From positions 1 through 47,746 of the forward strand of contig CAWEHK010000013.1 in assembly GCA_963808625.1 (NCBI GenBank): a stretch of 47,746 bases of DNA, in the 5' to 3' direction. Position 1 is the first letter of the stretch, and each line of letters opens with the position of its first letter. The translations under genes were made by a program, and so were the position numbers. Shown piece after piece: positions 11,294-22,714 of the stretch. This stretch comes from an uncultured delta proteobacterium (lineage in GTDB: Bacteria > Desulfobacterota > Syntrophobacteria > Syntrophobacterales > Syntrophobacteraceae). The notes beneath the pieces are model-generated. The model did no database searches. It saw nothing but the letters and a program-made list of their open reading frames with translations, and was not told the DNA's origin.

Positions 11294-11815
11294 TCAGGCG
11301 TTCCCTCTCTGGAACATCATGATTTCCTCCACTCTGGCCTCTACGAGATTGCCGAACCCATGCTCTTCCGCTTCCTCCAGGGTGAACTCACGGCTGGTGC
11401 TGCTGTGGACGGAGAGGAGCCCGAGTCCGGTGGCAAGGGCCTCGCGGACCCACCCGGACCACGGCGCAAGAGCTCTGCGGTCGCCTTCGAGCAGCGCTTC
11501 CTTCGAAACCCGGACCGATTCGCCCATCAATTCCAGATCGCGGTTGATCTCATCAACGAGACCCTGGTCCAGGCGCGGGCGCCTGACCTTGACCGACTCG
11601 GCCGCCACCCTGAGGTAAATGACGAAAGGATCAATCGGAAATATCTCGGGATGGCAGATCAGGCAACGCCCGGTTTCATGGGGAACCGTGCTGTTCTCGG
11701 CAAAACGATTCTGCCGGGCGATTTCTTTGAAATGTTCGATTGTATAAGCGAGCTGTGACCTCTGTTCCGGCGCCATGGGCTCAAGCTCCTCGAAGGCGGG
11801 GTCTCCTGCCGTCAA
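11294..11815 (-). CDS. Hypothetical protein with a CxxCH-like motif (CLICHP), no signal peptide
   Basis: Intact 173-aa ORF overlapping the stop of the upstream SnoaL-like gene. Confidence 0.55.
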   Translation of the reverse strand: MTAGDPAFEELEPMAPEQRSQLAYTIEHFKEIARQNRFAENSTVPHETGRCLICHPEIFPIDPFVIYLRVAAESVKVRRPRLDQGLVDEINRDLELMGESVRVSKEALLEGDRRALAPWSGWVREALATGLGLLSVHSSTSREFTLEEAEEHGFGNLVEARVEEIMMFQRGNA

Positions 11816-12177
11816 AACTTACCCGTATCTTTAAAAAAGTCGCTGATGAGCCTGATCTTCCCATGCTCGAATTCGAACCATGTGACTCCTTCGTTTTCGT
11901 AGGGTTCGCGCTTTCGGCTGACCCCCTGATTGCTCCAGTGAACGGCAACGCTCTCTCCCTCGGCGATAATCCCCCGGACCTCGAAGTGCAGTTGCGGATA
12001 CTGCCGGAAGAGGACCTGAAAGAACTTGACGATCCGTTCCTTGCCGTAAAGGGGCTGCGTTTTGGGAAAAAGGAAGCTTGTATCTTCTTTGAGAAGATCC
12101 ACCATGTCATCAATCACGCGGCTGTTCATGCGTTTGAAAAACTCGGCGGCCAACCTGCCGTTCGACATCGCAGTCAT
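11812..12177 (-). CDS. SnoaL-like / NTF2 family protein
   Basis: RBS GGAGGA; IIAEGESVAVHW, YENEGVTWFEFEHGKI...FFKDT. Confidence 0.8.
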   Translation of the reverse strand: MTAMSNGRLAAEFFKRMNSRVIDDMVDLLKEDTSFLFPKTQPLYGKERIVKFFQVLFRQYPQLHFEVRGIIAEGESVAVHWSNQGVSRKREPYENEGVTWFEFEHGKIRLISDFFKDTGKF

Positions 12178-12379
12178 CCATCCTCCTGCGCGCAGTAAGG
12201 CCTCATCCAAAAATAACTTGCTCTCATTGCAATCTTTTTCCAAACCAACAAGGACACGAAGCGCAAGGAGAAATCACTCTCTGTCCTTCATCATCTTCGT
12301 GCTCTTCGTGCTCTTCGTGGTAAAGGAAAATACTATTTCCGGACAGTTCCTAACAGCCTTTCAATGCAGCTAAAGGACA

Positions 12380-13081
12380 TCAGAAATCCATCAGTCCCTT
12401 CCTTCGAACCATCAGCGGCTGATAGCCAAAGATGGCATTCAGGTGATGAAGAAAGGCATGCTCGCCTTCCTCCTGCCACATCCGCTCGATTTCGCTGTTG
12501 ACTCGTTCGTACAACGCAAGCGCATCGTCAAGGCCGGAGGGGGCCTTGTCACCTCCGGTGCGGCTTGCGACTTCTCTGATCAGGTTGAGCCACATTTCGC
12601 TGACCCCCATGATGTAAAAGGGCCAGGACTTCTGAATCGGCAGCGACCAATGACGATCGCTGGTATCTTCGAGGTGCGGGCGGCTGATCGTGCTGGTGTC
12701 GTCGCAGGTATCCCGAATAACGAGGCCGCGATCCTTCATCGCCTTCAGCCAGGCATCCCCCTGGAGCGTCGCAAAGACCTTGCGGGCCGTTTCCGGGGGC
12801 GCATAGAAAATAAAGCTGAACTGATGCCCGGCCTCGTCGCGAGCCGCCCTTCGATGGAAGCGCCAGAGCACGATCTCATCCCCGTATCGATCCAGGACCG
12901 GCGAGACCACCAAATGAGCCAGAAGGGGATCGAGGTACCAGGATGGCGCCTTGTCCTCCGGCCAGTTCATGACCAGGCGGGCATACCACCAACCGTTTTC
13001 GGAAGGCTTGATTCGCTCTCCCGCAGGCGCCGATACCGGCGTCATGCGAGGACCCACCGAAGCGCATCCCACAACCACCAA
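12380..13081 (-). CDS. Hypothetical lipoprotein (start uncertain)
   Basis: Hydrophobic stretch ending VVVGC; protein-like ORF with WRFHRRA and FLHHLNAIFGY. Confidence 0.6.
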   Translation of the reverse strand: MVVVGCASVGPRMTPVSAPAGERIKPSENGWWYARLVMNWPEDKAPSWYLDPLLAHLVVSPVLDRYGDEIVLWRFHRRAARDEAGHQFSFIFYAPPETARKVFATLQGDAWLKAMKDRGLVIRDTCDDTSTISRPHLEDTSDRHWSLPIQKSWPFYIMGVSEMWLNLIREVASRTGGDKAPSGLDDALALYERVNSEIERMWQEEGEHAFLHHLNAIFGYQPLMVRRKGLMDF

Positions 13082-13177
13082 GAGGGCTAAGACAGCCAGG
13101 GCTGCGGTGAGAGTGGTCCTAAGCTCTTGGTTCCTGGCTGTTGGCTCCTGGCTCCTGGCTCTCAGAGGCTGCTCTGA

Positions 13178-13256
13178 AAATCCCCCTGAATCCCCCTTTA
13201 TGAAAGGGGGACTTTTGACTCCCCCCTTTAGTAAAGGGGGGGCGGGGGGGATTTTT
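13178..13256. repeat. Palindromic CCCCCTTT..AAAGGGGG double-hairpin element
   Basis: AATCCCCC...GGGGGATT ends enclosing two hairpins. Confidence 0.7.
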
Positions 13257-13592
13257 AAACCGATGGCTGCGCCAAAATTGAATTTTCAGATACGCTCTTG
13301 GGGAGCGGAGCAAGGTCGAGGCGATCAGGGCAAAGCCAGAGGTGGCTCCCGGCGCTTGGCCCCCGGCTCCTGCAGTGCCGGACGGCGAAAAGGCTTTCCT
13401 GGCCAACCCACATCTGAATAGAATTTTGCTGCTCAAGGCTGCTTTCCTCTCCGTGATGGGCGTGCGTGCCTTGCGCCCTGAACCGGCGATGAATAAATAT
13501 TGATTGTGCGAACGCTTTTTCGTATGGTGTGGTACATCGTTTCATTTTCGGCAGAGTAAGACGCCCCGCTTTGAACAGAAGAGGTCCCGACG

Positions 13593-14126
13593 ATGGCAAG
13601 CTCCAATGATACCTCGATTACTTCTGTAGACAAGCGTTCCGGTCATGACCGCCGGGCCAAACAGACTTCACCCTTCAGCCTCGTCAGTTTTCGCGGTCGC
13701 AGGAAAATCATTCGCCGCAGTGGAGACCTTCCTGTCCATTATTACGTCGACCTCTACGGCATCGATGAGGGCCTGCTGTTCATCCTCATCCTGTTGCTTT
13801 CAGTGGCCGATGGATTTCTCACCCTGGTGCTCGTCGGCAACTGCCGCATCATGGAACTGAACTCTGTCATGTCTTACTATATGCAGCTCGGCCCCTGGCC
13901 TTTCGTGTTAGTCAAGTATTTCCTGACAGCAGGGGGGCTGCTCTTCCTGCTCATTCACAAGAATTACATCTGTTTTCGTGGGAGAGTCAGGGTAAAGGCG
14001 ATTATGGCTGTACTGGCAATCATGTATTCTGCCCTGATCACCTACGAGCTGTTTCTATTTCGTCAATGCGGCTATTTCTCGACCTTGGCACTCTCGATGA
14101 CAACGGGTTTCACCGGAACATTCTGA
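13593..14126 (+). CDS. DUF5658-like membrane protein
   Basis: DRR repeats, [25 protein letters not shown]. Confidence 0.65.
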   Translation: MASSNDTSITSVDKRSGHDRRAKQTSPFSLVSFRGRRKIIRRSGDLPVHYYVDLYGIDEGLLFILILLLSVADGFLTLVLVGNCRIMELNSVMSYYMQLGPWPFVLVKYFLTAGGLLFLLIHKNYICFRGRVRVKAIMAVLAIMYSALITYELFLFRQCGYFSTLALSMTTGFTGTF

Positions 14127-14674
14127 TGAGGTCCCGCGTTGGCGGTCGGCACTTTGGCGATTTTATCCACAACATCCATGCCTTCAATCACTTTGCCAAA
14201 AACCGCATAGCCGAAACCCATGGGTGAAGCGTCCCGGTGATTCAAGAAATCGTTGTCTTTGAGATTGATAAAGAACTGTGAAGTCGCGCTGTCAACCACG
14301 TTGGTCCTGGCCATGGCAATGGTCCCGCGGTCATTCTTCAAGGTCCCGGCAGCTTCGTTCTTGATGGGCTCATGGGTCTTCTTCTGGTTCATATCGGCGG
14401 TAAACCCTCCGCCCTGAATCATGAAATTATCGATCACACGGTGAAAGATCGTCCCGTCATAGAGGCCTTCCTCCACATAGCGCAGGAAGTTCTTCACGGT
14501 TTCGGGGGCCTTGTCCGCCCACAGCTCAATGCGGATCTTCCCTTCGGATGTTTTCATTTCGACAATTCGGGTCTCTGGCTGCTTCATCTTCTCTTCGGCT
14601 CCCATGGCAGGGTTAACAAATGAAATGACCAAAATGGACAATACCAACAACGCCAGGCTCTTCATAAACGACAT
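14072..14674 (-). CDS. ppiA: Cyclophilin-type peptidyl-prolyl cis-trans isomerase, periplasmic
   Basis: [40 protein letters not shown]-terminal signal peptide. Confidence 0.92.
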   Translation of the reverse strand: MSFMKSLALLVLSILVISFVNPAMGAEEKMKQPETRIVEMKTSEGKIRIELWADKAPETVKNFLRYVEEGLYDGTIFHRVIDNFMIQGGGFTADMNQKKTHEPIKNEAAGTLKNDRGTIAMARTNVVDSATSQFFINLKDNDFLNHRDASPMGFGYAVFGKVIEGMDVVDKIAKVPTANAGPHQNVPVKPVVIESAKVEK

Positions 14675-15262
14675 AACGGGCACTCCCTGGTTAGTGAAAA
14701 AGTGAAAAGTGAAAAGCAAAAGTGGTCAGTGATCAGTGATCAGTGGTCAGTGGTCAGTGGTTACTTATCAGTTATCTGTAGCCAGTGGTCAAAAAATGAG
14801 GCGCTCCTGACTTCGATACGCCATTTTCCATGCTTTGCGATGCTGACGCCGGGATCAATGTTATTTCATGAAAGGGCATTTCGGCACGCATGCGCCCTGA
14901 AAATACCAGTGCGCCCGACACTTGTCAAATACCTGGAAATGGGTATGGACATGGAAAGGAGTGGACGTGAGGGGATGAGGGGCGGAGAATAGTGGGTAGT
15001 GGCTGGTGGCTAGTGGTTAGTGGCTGCTGACTGGTGGATAGTGGCTGGTGGTCAGTTGGTGATGGCCGGCAGGCAGAGGGGTGGAAGCCGGATTGATTGT
15101 GGGCCCCGATTTTCCTCATACACGGTCACCGTATGGGGGGATGGCTATTTGTCGGAAAGAAGTTTGTTATGCTTCGTGTGACTTCGTAAGACTTCGTGTG
15201 ACTTCGTGGACGCTTTTGGAAACCATGGAGGCGATGACAATCTACCGGAAAGGAGAGCAACG

Positions 15263-15715
15263 ATGAGGCGGTCCTTGATTGCGGTCCTCTGTGCAGCAGG
15301 GCTCACCATGCTGGCAGGGGAGATCAGAGTGGCGTTATTTCCAGAGTCCTTCCTGGCGGCCCAGGACGCGCCCGCTCAAGGGGCAGGCCCGACGGGCACC
15401 GGAGTTGCATCCGAGAGTGCCGGCAAGGTCTCCACCTACACCGACGTCGCAACGGTCGTTGCCAAATACCATTGTGCCGTGTGCCACGGTGGCGCCGAGC
15501 CTCGCGCCGGATTGTCGCTCGATGACTATAAGAGCATGATGAAGGGCGGCAAGCACGGCCCTGTCATTGTGCCGGGCAGTCCGGAAAAGAGTGAGCTCAT
15601 CCGTCGCCTGCAGGGCATGAGCGAGCCCCGGATGCCCTACACCGGACCGCCCTGGCTCTCCGACGCCGAAGTGGCGACGATCGAACAATGGATCGCGGCA
15701 GGGGCGAGGGAATAG
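15263..15715 (+). CDS. Periplasmic monoheme cytochrome c (planctomycete cytochrome c-like)
   Basis: RBS AGGAG, signal peptide, CAVCH, PGSPEKSELI, RMP, IEQWIAAGA. Confidence 0.85.
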   Translation: MRRSLIAVLCAAGLTMLAGEIRVALFPESFLAAQDAPAQGAGPTGTGVASESAGKVSTYTDVATVVAKYHCAVCHGGAEPRAGLSLDDYKSMMKGGKHGPVIVPGSPEKSELIRRLQGMSEPRMPYTGPPWLSDAEVATIEQWIAAGARE

Positions 15716-16009
15716 TGGATGGTGGATGGTGGATGGTGGATGGTGGTCAATTGCCGCGCAACAATAATGTCATACCTCAGGCCCCGCATCGCGGGATCGA
15801 CACAATAATGTAACTCAGCCGGCAGCAGACCGCGGGCGGGTTGGAAAACCCGCCCTCCTTTTGCCGAATTCCTTTGGCCACTGACTACGGGACAATGCCC
15901 ACCTTTCAATTTCCTGCTCCCCAGTGTCCACTCGGCACGTACCAGCAGCCACCAGCAACTATGCTGATTAAGGTAGAGTTCTTTCGGTTTGCCAGAAGCA
16001 CCACCTTCC

Positions 16010-16068
16010 TGTAGGAGCGCCTTCTAGGCGCGATCTCACCAGGGTCGCGGCATGATACCGCTCCTACA
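16010..16068. repeat. GTAG-type REP inverted pair
   Basis: TGTAGGAGCG...CGCTCCTACA; a related GTAGGGTGGGCAC..GTGCCCA hairpin at about 8664-8691. Confidence 0.65.
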
Positions 16069-16149
16069 AAATGGGAATTTCTAGCCTCAACGAGTATATC
16101 AACCATCAACTATCAACCATCAACTATCAATACTATCAACCATCAACCA

Positions 16150-17273
16150 TCAACCACTCCTCATCGTCATGCGATGGAACAGATAGGCTTCGATAAATTC
16201 ATCGAGGTCGCCGTCCATCACTGCGTCCACATTGCCCTTTTCACAACCGGTGCGATGGTCCTTCACCAGGCGGTAGGGTTGCATGACGTAGGAACGGATC
16301 TGATTGCCCCAGGCGATGTCGTCGAGATTGTCATGGATTTCCTGAAGTTTTTCCTGCTGCGCCCGCCGCTCGCGTTCGTAGAGCCTGGCGCGCAGGATCT
16401 TCATGGCGATATCGCGATTGCGGTGCTGCGACTTCTCATTCTGACACTGCACCACAATCCCGGTGGGCAGGTGCGTGATGCGGACCGCCGAGCTGGTCTT
16501 GTTCACATGCTGGCCGCCCGCCCCACTGGCTCGAAAGGTATCAACCCTGAGGTCCGCCTGCTTGACGTCCACCTCGATGTGGTCGTCGACTTCGGGAAAA
16601 ACCAGGACTGCGGCAAACGACGTATGGCGCCGCCCGCTGGCATCGAAGGGAGAGATCCTCACCAGGCGATGGATCCCCGATTCGGCCTTGAGCAATCCGT
16701 AGGCATTGGGGCCCGCCACGGTCAGGGTGACACTCTTGATGCCGGCTTCGTCCCCGCCCTGAAGATCAACCATCTGCACCTTGAAGCGCTTGTTTTCGCA
16801 CCATCGCAAATACATGCGGAGGAGCATTTCGGCCCAGTCCTGGGCTTCGGTCCCGCCGGCCCCGGCATTGACGCTCACGATGGCATCCCGATGGTCATTT
16901 TCTTCGCTCAGCAATTCCTGCAGTTCGAGACTGCGCAGACTGGACTGCAGCGTCCGGACCTGCTTCAAGGCATCCTTCAGCGCCTCCTCGTCCTGCTCCT
17001 CGATGGCCATGTCAAGGAACAGGCCGCTCTCTTCCACTTCCGCCGCAAGCTGCTGCCACCGCCGGACGTTTTCGTTCAGGTCCGCCCGCTCCTTGAGCAC
17101 GTGTTTGCTCTCTTCCGGTTTCTCCCAGAAATCGGGCTTCAGACATGATCTTTTCGAGTTCCGCCAGACGCGTTTGCTTCCCGTGGATGTCAAAGATGAC
17201 CTCCGAGATTTTCAACGCGTTGGGAAATCTCTTTAAGGACGCTCTTTACTTCAGCAATGTCAACAGTCGTCAT
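16150..17273 (-). CDS. prfB: Peptide chain release factor 2 (programmed +1 frameshift, plus an extra indel near 17140)
   Basis: SPF and GGQ motifs, GIHRLVRISPFD, WGNQIRSYV; N-terminal ORF ends GGHL*. Confidence 0.95.
17189..17204 (-). promoter_or_regulatory. prfB +1 programmed frameshift site
   Basis: GGAGGT-CAT-CTT-TGA-C: internal SD plus the canonical CTT TGA C. Confidence 0.92.
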
Positions 17274-18899
17274 GTGAATAGCCTCCATGCCGGTTTGGAA
17301 GCGGAGGACCCCTGCCTGAGGCGGGCGTAAATCAGCCCCCCGGCGGTCGTCAAAAGACAGAGCCAGGCAAAGAGATCGCCCCACTTCGCGTAGAAAGTCA
17401 AGGTGCGAAAAGGGTGCACCGAACCAACCAGAAACCCTTGCTGGTTGAGGGGAATGGTGCCGCAGGACTTCCCGGTCGCATCAAAAATAGCACTTATCCC
17501 CGTATTGGCGGCCCGGATCAGCGGGACGCGAAATTCAACGGCACGCCACCGGGCCAGTTCGAGGTGCTGATAGGGAGCGCTGCTCGTGCCGTACCACGCA
17601 TCGTTGGTGATGTTGATGAGCGACGTTGCCCCCCGTTCCACGGCCGCCCGCGCCAGTTCCGGGAAGATGTCCTCGTAGCAGATGAGGACCCCGAACGGGT
17701 GGCGCCCCAAAATCAGGGGCGAAGGATCGTCACCCGGCACAAAGTCCCCCGCCGCCTGCACCAGGCGACCCGACGAAGAAGAGGAGCTTCTTCAAGGGCA
17801 CGTATTCACCAAACGGCACGAGATGCTGCTTGGCATATACCCCTTCGACAATGGCCGAACCATTGACGAGATAGGCGCGGTTCTGCAGACGGGGTTCCCC
17901 CTCGATCAGGGTCACCCCCGGGCTGCCGAAAAGCAGCGGGATGCCCGGTATCCTTCACCATCTCATTGAGCTGCGTGGTGAGCTTCTCCTCGAGCCGATA
18001 AAAAAAGGGGGCCGAGGTTTCCGGCCAAACCAGCAGATCCGGGGCCGGATTTGCTCGGCGGCCTGCAGGGAAAGCTCCCGATAGCGTTTCAGGGTCTCCT
18101 GCTGAAACGCCGGGTCCCACTTCTGACTCTGGTCGATGTTTCCCTGGACCACGCCCACGGTCCATGGCGTCGCCGCCGTCTGCAGGTCATCAATGGTCGC
18201 CGTACGCCAGGCCCATAGAGGATCGCCGCGAGCAAGCAGATCCCCCCACCAGCAGTCCGCTGAATGCCACCCCGGGAGCGGTTCAGCAGGGCGGTCAAAA
18301 CGTGCTGCTCAGGACCACCAGCCAACTGACTCCATAGACCCCGGTGATGTCGGCAACCTGAATGAGCGAATGCAGGGGAGTCTGCGTGTACCCCAGGTTG
18401 ACCCAGGGGAAACCGGTGACAACCAGGCCCGGACCAACTCGAGGGCCACCCACACGCCGGGCAGCCCCAGGACCCAGAGCAGCGGATAGTCCTGCCAGCG
18501 GCGCGCGACGAGGGCAAAACAGCCCACGTAGAGGGCCAGGTAGGCACAGGGCAGGAACACCACCACCATTGACACCGGCGCCGGGATGCCGCCATAAAGA
18601 TGGAGCGCATAGTACATCCAGTAAAGGGTGCCGAGATAATGCACCACCCCGCAGACGCAGCCCAGGGCAAAGGCTTCTTTCAGGGTCCGGTCGCGCAGCG
18701 CCAGGAACAGAGGCACGAACGCCACCCAGGACAAGGCGTACCACCCGACCTTCGGAAACCCGAGCGTCAAAAAAACCCCGCTCAAGACACTCAGGAAAAC
18801 ACCAGACCACATATTGTTCAACCACCTGTCCTCATCTAAAGGCGGATTCTCTGCCGCGAAAAGTCTCATCGGCACCCTCCCCAGCCGACAGCTTTTCAT
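17270..18899 (-). CDS. lnt: Apolipoprotein N-acyltransferase (several frameshifts)
   Basis: GFPWVNLGYTQ, VVQGNIDQ, VWPETS, KQHLVPFGEYVP, ICYEDIF, NITNDAWYG, RAANTGIS. Confidence 0.92.
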
Positions 18900-18975
18900 G
18901 GCTTACAAGGTGGCGAAGCGTCATGAATGACTGCGTTATGGACCAGGGGCCGGAGCGGCAAAAAACCCGGGGGAG

Positions 18976-19885
18976 TCAGTAAGAGACGCCTTCCGGAAGG
19001 GGCGAGTCAGGACCTTCGGGGCTGGTTTTGCGAATGCGTATTTTTTCTATCTTACGACTGTTTGCGGCTTCAATCACCATCTCGAGATCTTTGAAAGGTG
19101 AGCCGTTCATTGATGTCGGCACTTTCCCCAGAAGACTGATCACCAAGCCCCCAACCGACTCGAACTTCCCATCCGGCAGTTCCACGTTCAAATGGTCTTC
19201 CGAGTTCTTCCACGTCGAGCCTGGCATTTACCGAGATTGATCCATCCTCATGCTCGACGATGAGCTTTTCCTCGGCATCGTATTCATCCATGACGTCCCC
19301 GATGATTTCTTCGATGATGTCCTCGAGGGTCAGGATCCCGGCCGTGCCGCCATATTCGTCGATGACGATCGCCATGTGCGACTTGTTGTCCCGCAAATCC
19401 TTCAGCACCTCGCTGATTTTTTTGGTCTCGGGGATGAAATAAGGCGGCCTGACGAGGATATCGCACTTCGCGTTCGGCAATCTCGCAAAGCCCCAAAAGG
19501 TCTTTGGCGTGCAACGGTCCCGATGATATTATCGATATTATCCTGATAGATGGGAATGCGCGAATGCCCGCTCTGAATGATGAGCTGCACAATGTCCGCG
19601 ATATTGGTCGTCAGCACGGGCGAAAACGGCATCGGTTCGCGGCACCATGATCTCACGCGCAATCGTGTCCCGAAACGAGAAGATGCCCTGGATCATCTCC
19701 CCTTCATCTTCGGAAATCAGTCCCTGCTGCTCACCCTCGTCGATCAGCTGCTGGATTTCTTTTTCGATGTTTTCGGTTTCCTCGACCTTGGCAAGCCGAC
19801 GGAGGCACATCTTGAGCCAATGCTGAAAACCCTTAGCTGACTCCCTCTTCCAATCCCGTTTCTTTCCTTCCCGTATGTCCGACAA
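18976..19885 (-). CDS. corC: CBS-pair/CorC-HlyC magnesium/cobalt efflux-associated protein (frameshifted)
   Basis: AREIMVPR, SGHSRIPIY, HMAIVIDEYGGTAGILTLEDIIEEIIG; classic position upstream of lnt. Confidence 0.85.
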
Positions 19886-19991
19886 GCGTCATCCGGTGAA
19901 TGCCTGCGGATCCCGAGAGCTTTCCGCAGATTCCAGGGAAGCAGCGGAATGACAACACGGCTATCGGTTACCTTATTCTGTGAAGCTGCAC

Positions 19992-20924
19992 TTAGTCGCT
20001 TATTTTACAATATCGGTGCGGATTGTCCATAAAAATGTAGCAGAGGAGCTTGTAGACAAGCCTGGCGGCAAGAAAGTCCGGGGCAATGATCTGGGGGATC
20101 GGCAGCAGCTCCATGACGTCGAAGCCGACAATCCGGCATTTCCGGGTCACCCGCCTGAGCAGCGCCAGCACCTCGTACCACCCAGTCCCCCCGGTTCCGG
20201 GCGTCCCACCGGCGGCATGATCGACGGGATCGAACACATCCAGGTCGATGCTGATATAGACCGGGCCGTCCAAGACAGGAAAGCGACTCGTCCCAAAGCC
20301 TCGGGTCCTGCTGAAGCCGATGGGCAAAAAAGCAGGGAATCTTCTGTTCTTCGATGAAGCGAATTCCTCCTTGTGAGCGCTCGGATGCCCACCTGCACAA
20401 TCGGCGCATGCCGGAAGACATGGCGCATGACACAGGCATTGCTGTAGCTGCTTCCCTGGTACTCCTCCCGCAGATCGGCATGGGCGTCGAGATGCAGGAC
20501 CTTCATGCCGGGAAAGCGCATCGCGGCAGCTTCAATCATCCCCAGGGAAAGCAGGTGTTCCCCCCCAGAAGCACCGGCATCTTGCCCGCATCGAAGACGA
20601 GTTCCCCCACCTCGCGGACCAGGTCCACCATGTCTTTGGGAGATGATACCGTCACGGGAAGCTCGTCGAGAGTGACAATCCCTGCCTCGTAGGCTTCGGT
20701 GCCCGTTTCCTCATCAAAAGCTCGAGCTCTCGCGAAGCCTGCAAGGATCGCTCTCGGTCCTTCCCGCGTCCCGGCACGGTAAGTCGTCGTGCCATCATAG
20801 GGCGCGGGCACGATCACCGCACGAGCTTCGGCGAAGGTCTCTTCGGTCGAGCGAACCCCAGAAAAGAAGAATGGGGTCCCAGGTTCACGAGGAGCCTGGA
20901 CCCCATCTGTTTGAGATGACTCAT
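19992..20924 (-). CDS. speB: Agmatinase (ureohydrolase), frameshifted
   Basis: PYDGTTTYRAGTREGP, HLDAHADLR, YISIDLDVFDP, GFDVMEL. Confidence 0.88.
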
Positions 20925-20928
20925 AACA

Positions 20929-21385
20929 TCACTTTATCTTGAACGCTGCATGCAGCATCCGATCCATGCGGACAACCTGGGCGGACGCCCGAATATTGTT
21001 CGGGAACTCCTGCCCCCGGTCCAAGACTTTCATTTCATACTTCTGGATGCTGAAATACTGTCTTAATGGTTTGCACCGCCTTTTGCGTATCGAACGGCTT
21101 GCAGGAAAACATGTCAAGACTCAAATACTGTTTTTCCGGAAAGGTATGGATACTGATATGGCTTTCGGCGATGAGAACAAACCCCGAAATCCCCCAATCC
21201 TCCGGCACGGAACCATTGTAGCGAAAAACATAGGGGGGCATGATCTTGGTCATGTCCATCTGAGTAGGATAGTCATCAAGGAAATTGTAAATCAGATTCA
21301 TGTCCTCCAGTGCAGCCCGCTCACAGCCATAGCCATCCACCATCAGATGAACCCCAAAGCCGAACTCAGGTTTACCCGTGCCCAT
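20929..21385 (-). CDS. speD: Pyruvoyl-dependent AdoMetDC (SpeD/SpeH) family decarboxylase, frameshift near 21060
   Basis: GVHLMVD, GISGFVLIAESHISIHTFPE, DMFSC; RBS AGGAGG. Confidence 0.85.
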
Positions 21386-21577
21386 GGCAGCCACCTCCTT
21401 CCTTTTGAAGACCTGTACCGTGCAAGCCATAAATCAGTCACTCAATGCCGCTCCAATAGCTTGGAGTACCGGTGGAACCTAAAAAGCGCCGCAGGGTTCG
21501 AGTGCTTTCTTCCTATTTTTTGGAGAGTTCTCCATCGCTTAGCAGCGGCATACCGGAGCCTCCAAAAGGGTGAGCCT

Positions 21578-21606
21578 TATATAAAGGAGAGGTCAGGGAG
21601 TGTCAA
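21578..21606 (-). promoter_or_regulatory. sigma70 promoter for the speD-speB operon
   Basis: TTGACA-N17-TATATA; implies a leader of about 185 nt. Confidence 0.65.
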
Positions 21607-21645
21607 GAAGAAACACAAAAAAGATTGGGAAAGAAATACGGCAAT

Positions 21646-22603
21646 TCAGAGGATGAAAAAGGTGGAATTTTGACCTAAAGAAGTGATTAATGCGGATTCT
21701 TCATCCAAATGGGCGTGATTTCCGCCCAAATCGTGTTTCGCATAATACAGGGCCCGGTCGGAGCGCTGCACCATATCCTCGATATCCTGGTCAGCGTCTC
21801 CGGTCTTCTGGAAAAAATAGAGCGATGCCGATGGACAGATACGTTGGCTTCAACCCCAGCAGGTTATAGGCCTCGAGGATGCGATCGGCGACCTTGATCG
21901 CGCATCGCTGGACAAGTGAGGCAGAAGCAGCGTGAATTCATCCCCACCAAACCGGTAAGCGGTGTCGACGTTCTGTCTGACCGAAGTGGTCAGCACCTCG
22001 GCAAACTGCAATGAGCACATCGTCACCCAGCCTGATGGCCATGAATATCGTTGTATTCTTTAAAGTTATCGATATCGAAAAAGAAAAGACAGAGGGGATG
22101 ATAATACCGCAGGGACTCGGATAGCTTCTTTCCGCGCAATTCTCTGAAAGAAGCGGCGATTGTATAAGCCCGTCAGCGGGTCTTTCACAGCCAACCGTTC
22201 CAATTCGTCGACGAGGTGCCGTTCGCGAAGGATGCGATCCAATTTGGCTTCCAGTTCATTGACGGTGAAAGGCTTCGCGATAAAATCGGAAGCCCCGGCA
22301 GCAATAACATCTGTGTATTGATAGCTCATGGTATGTCCGGTGATGGCGATGATATTGATATCTTTCTTGGTTCTCCGCCAGGTATTTTATAAGCTCCATG
22401 CCATCCATTCTGGGCATAATAATATCGGTAATGACAATATTAAAGTTCCCTTCCTCTATTTTCGATGGCTTCAACGCCATCGTTAGCCGTTTCCGCCCCA
22501 TACCCCAAATGCTTGACGGCTTCCGAAAGGAACTCGCGGATGGTCTTGTTCATCATCCACCACCAGGACTTGTCGGGGAGAAATTTTTTTGGCCCTTATT
22601 CAT
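21646..22603 (-). CDS. Response regulator diguanylate cyclase (REC-GGDEF), frameshifted
   Basis: ITDIIMPRMDGMEL, GASDFIAKPF, DPLTGLYNRR, AYRFGGDEF near 21935-21960. Confidence 0.85.
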
Positions 22604-22714
22604 GGGGTCTGGCTCGTGATATATGGTTGTCGTGGTAAGAGAATCAGTTCTTAAATAATTTAGAGGGCTCAATTAGGCAACCAAAAAACAGCGACATCAA
22701 GAAAAACAGGGACA

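Noticed and set aside
16174..17148. 324-aa plus-strand ORF (likewise 9717-10751)
   Set aside because: Antisense shadows of prfB and the M42 peptidase
21386..21570. Known SAM or guanidine riboswitch upstream of speD
   Set aside because: Could not match SAM-I or ykkC consensus elements by eye; needs an Rfam/Infernal search
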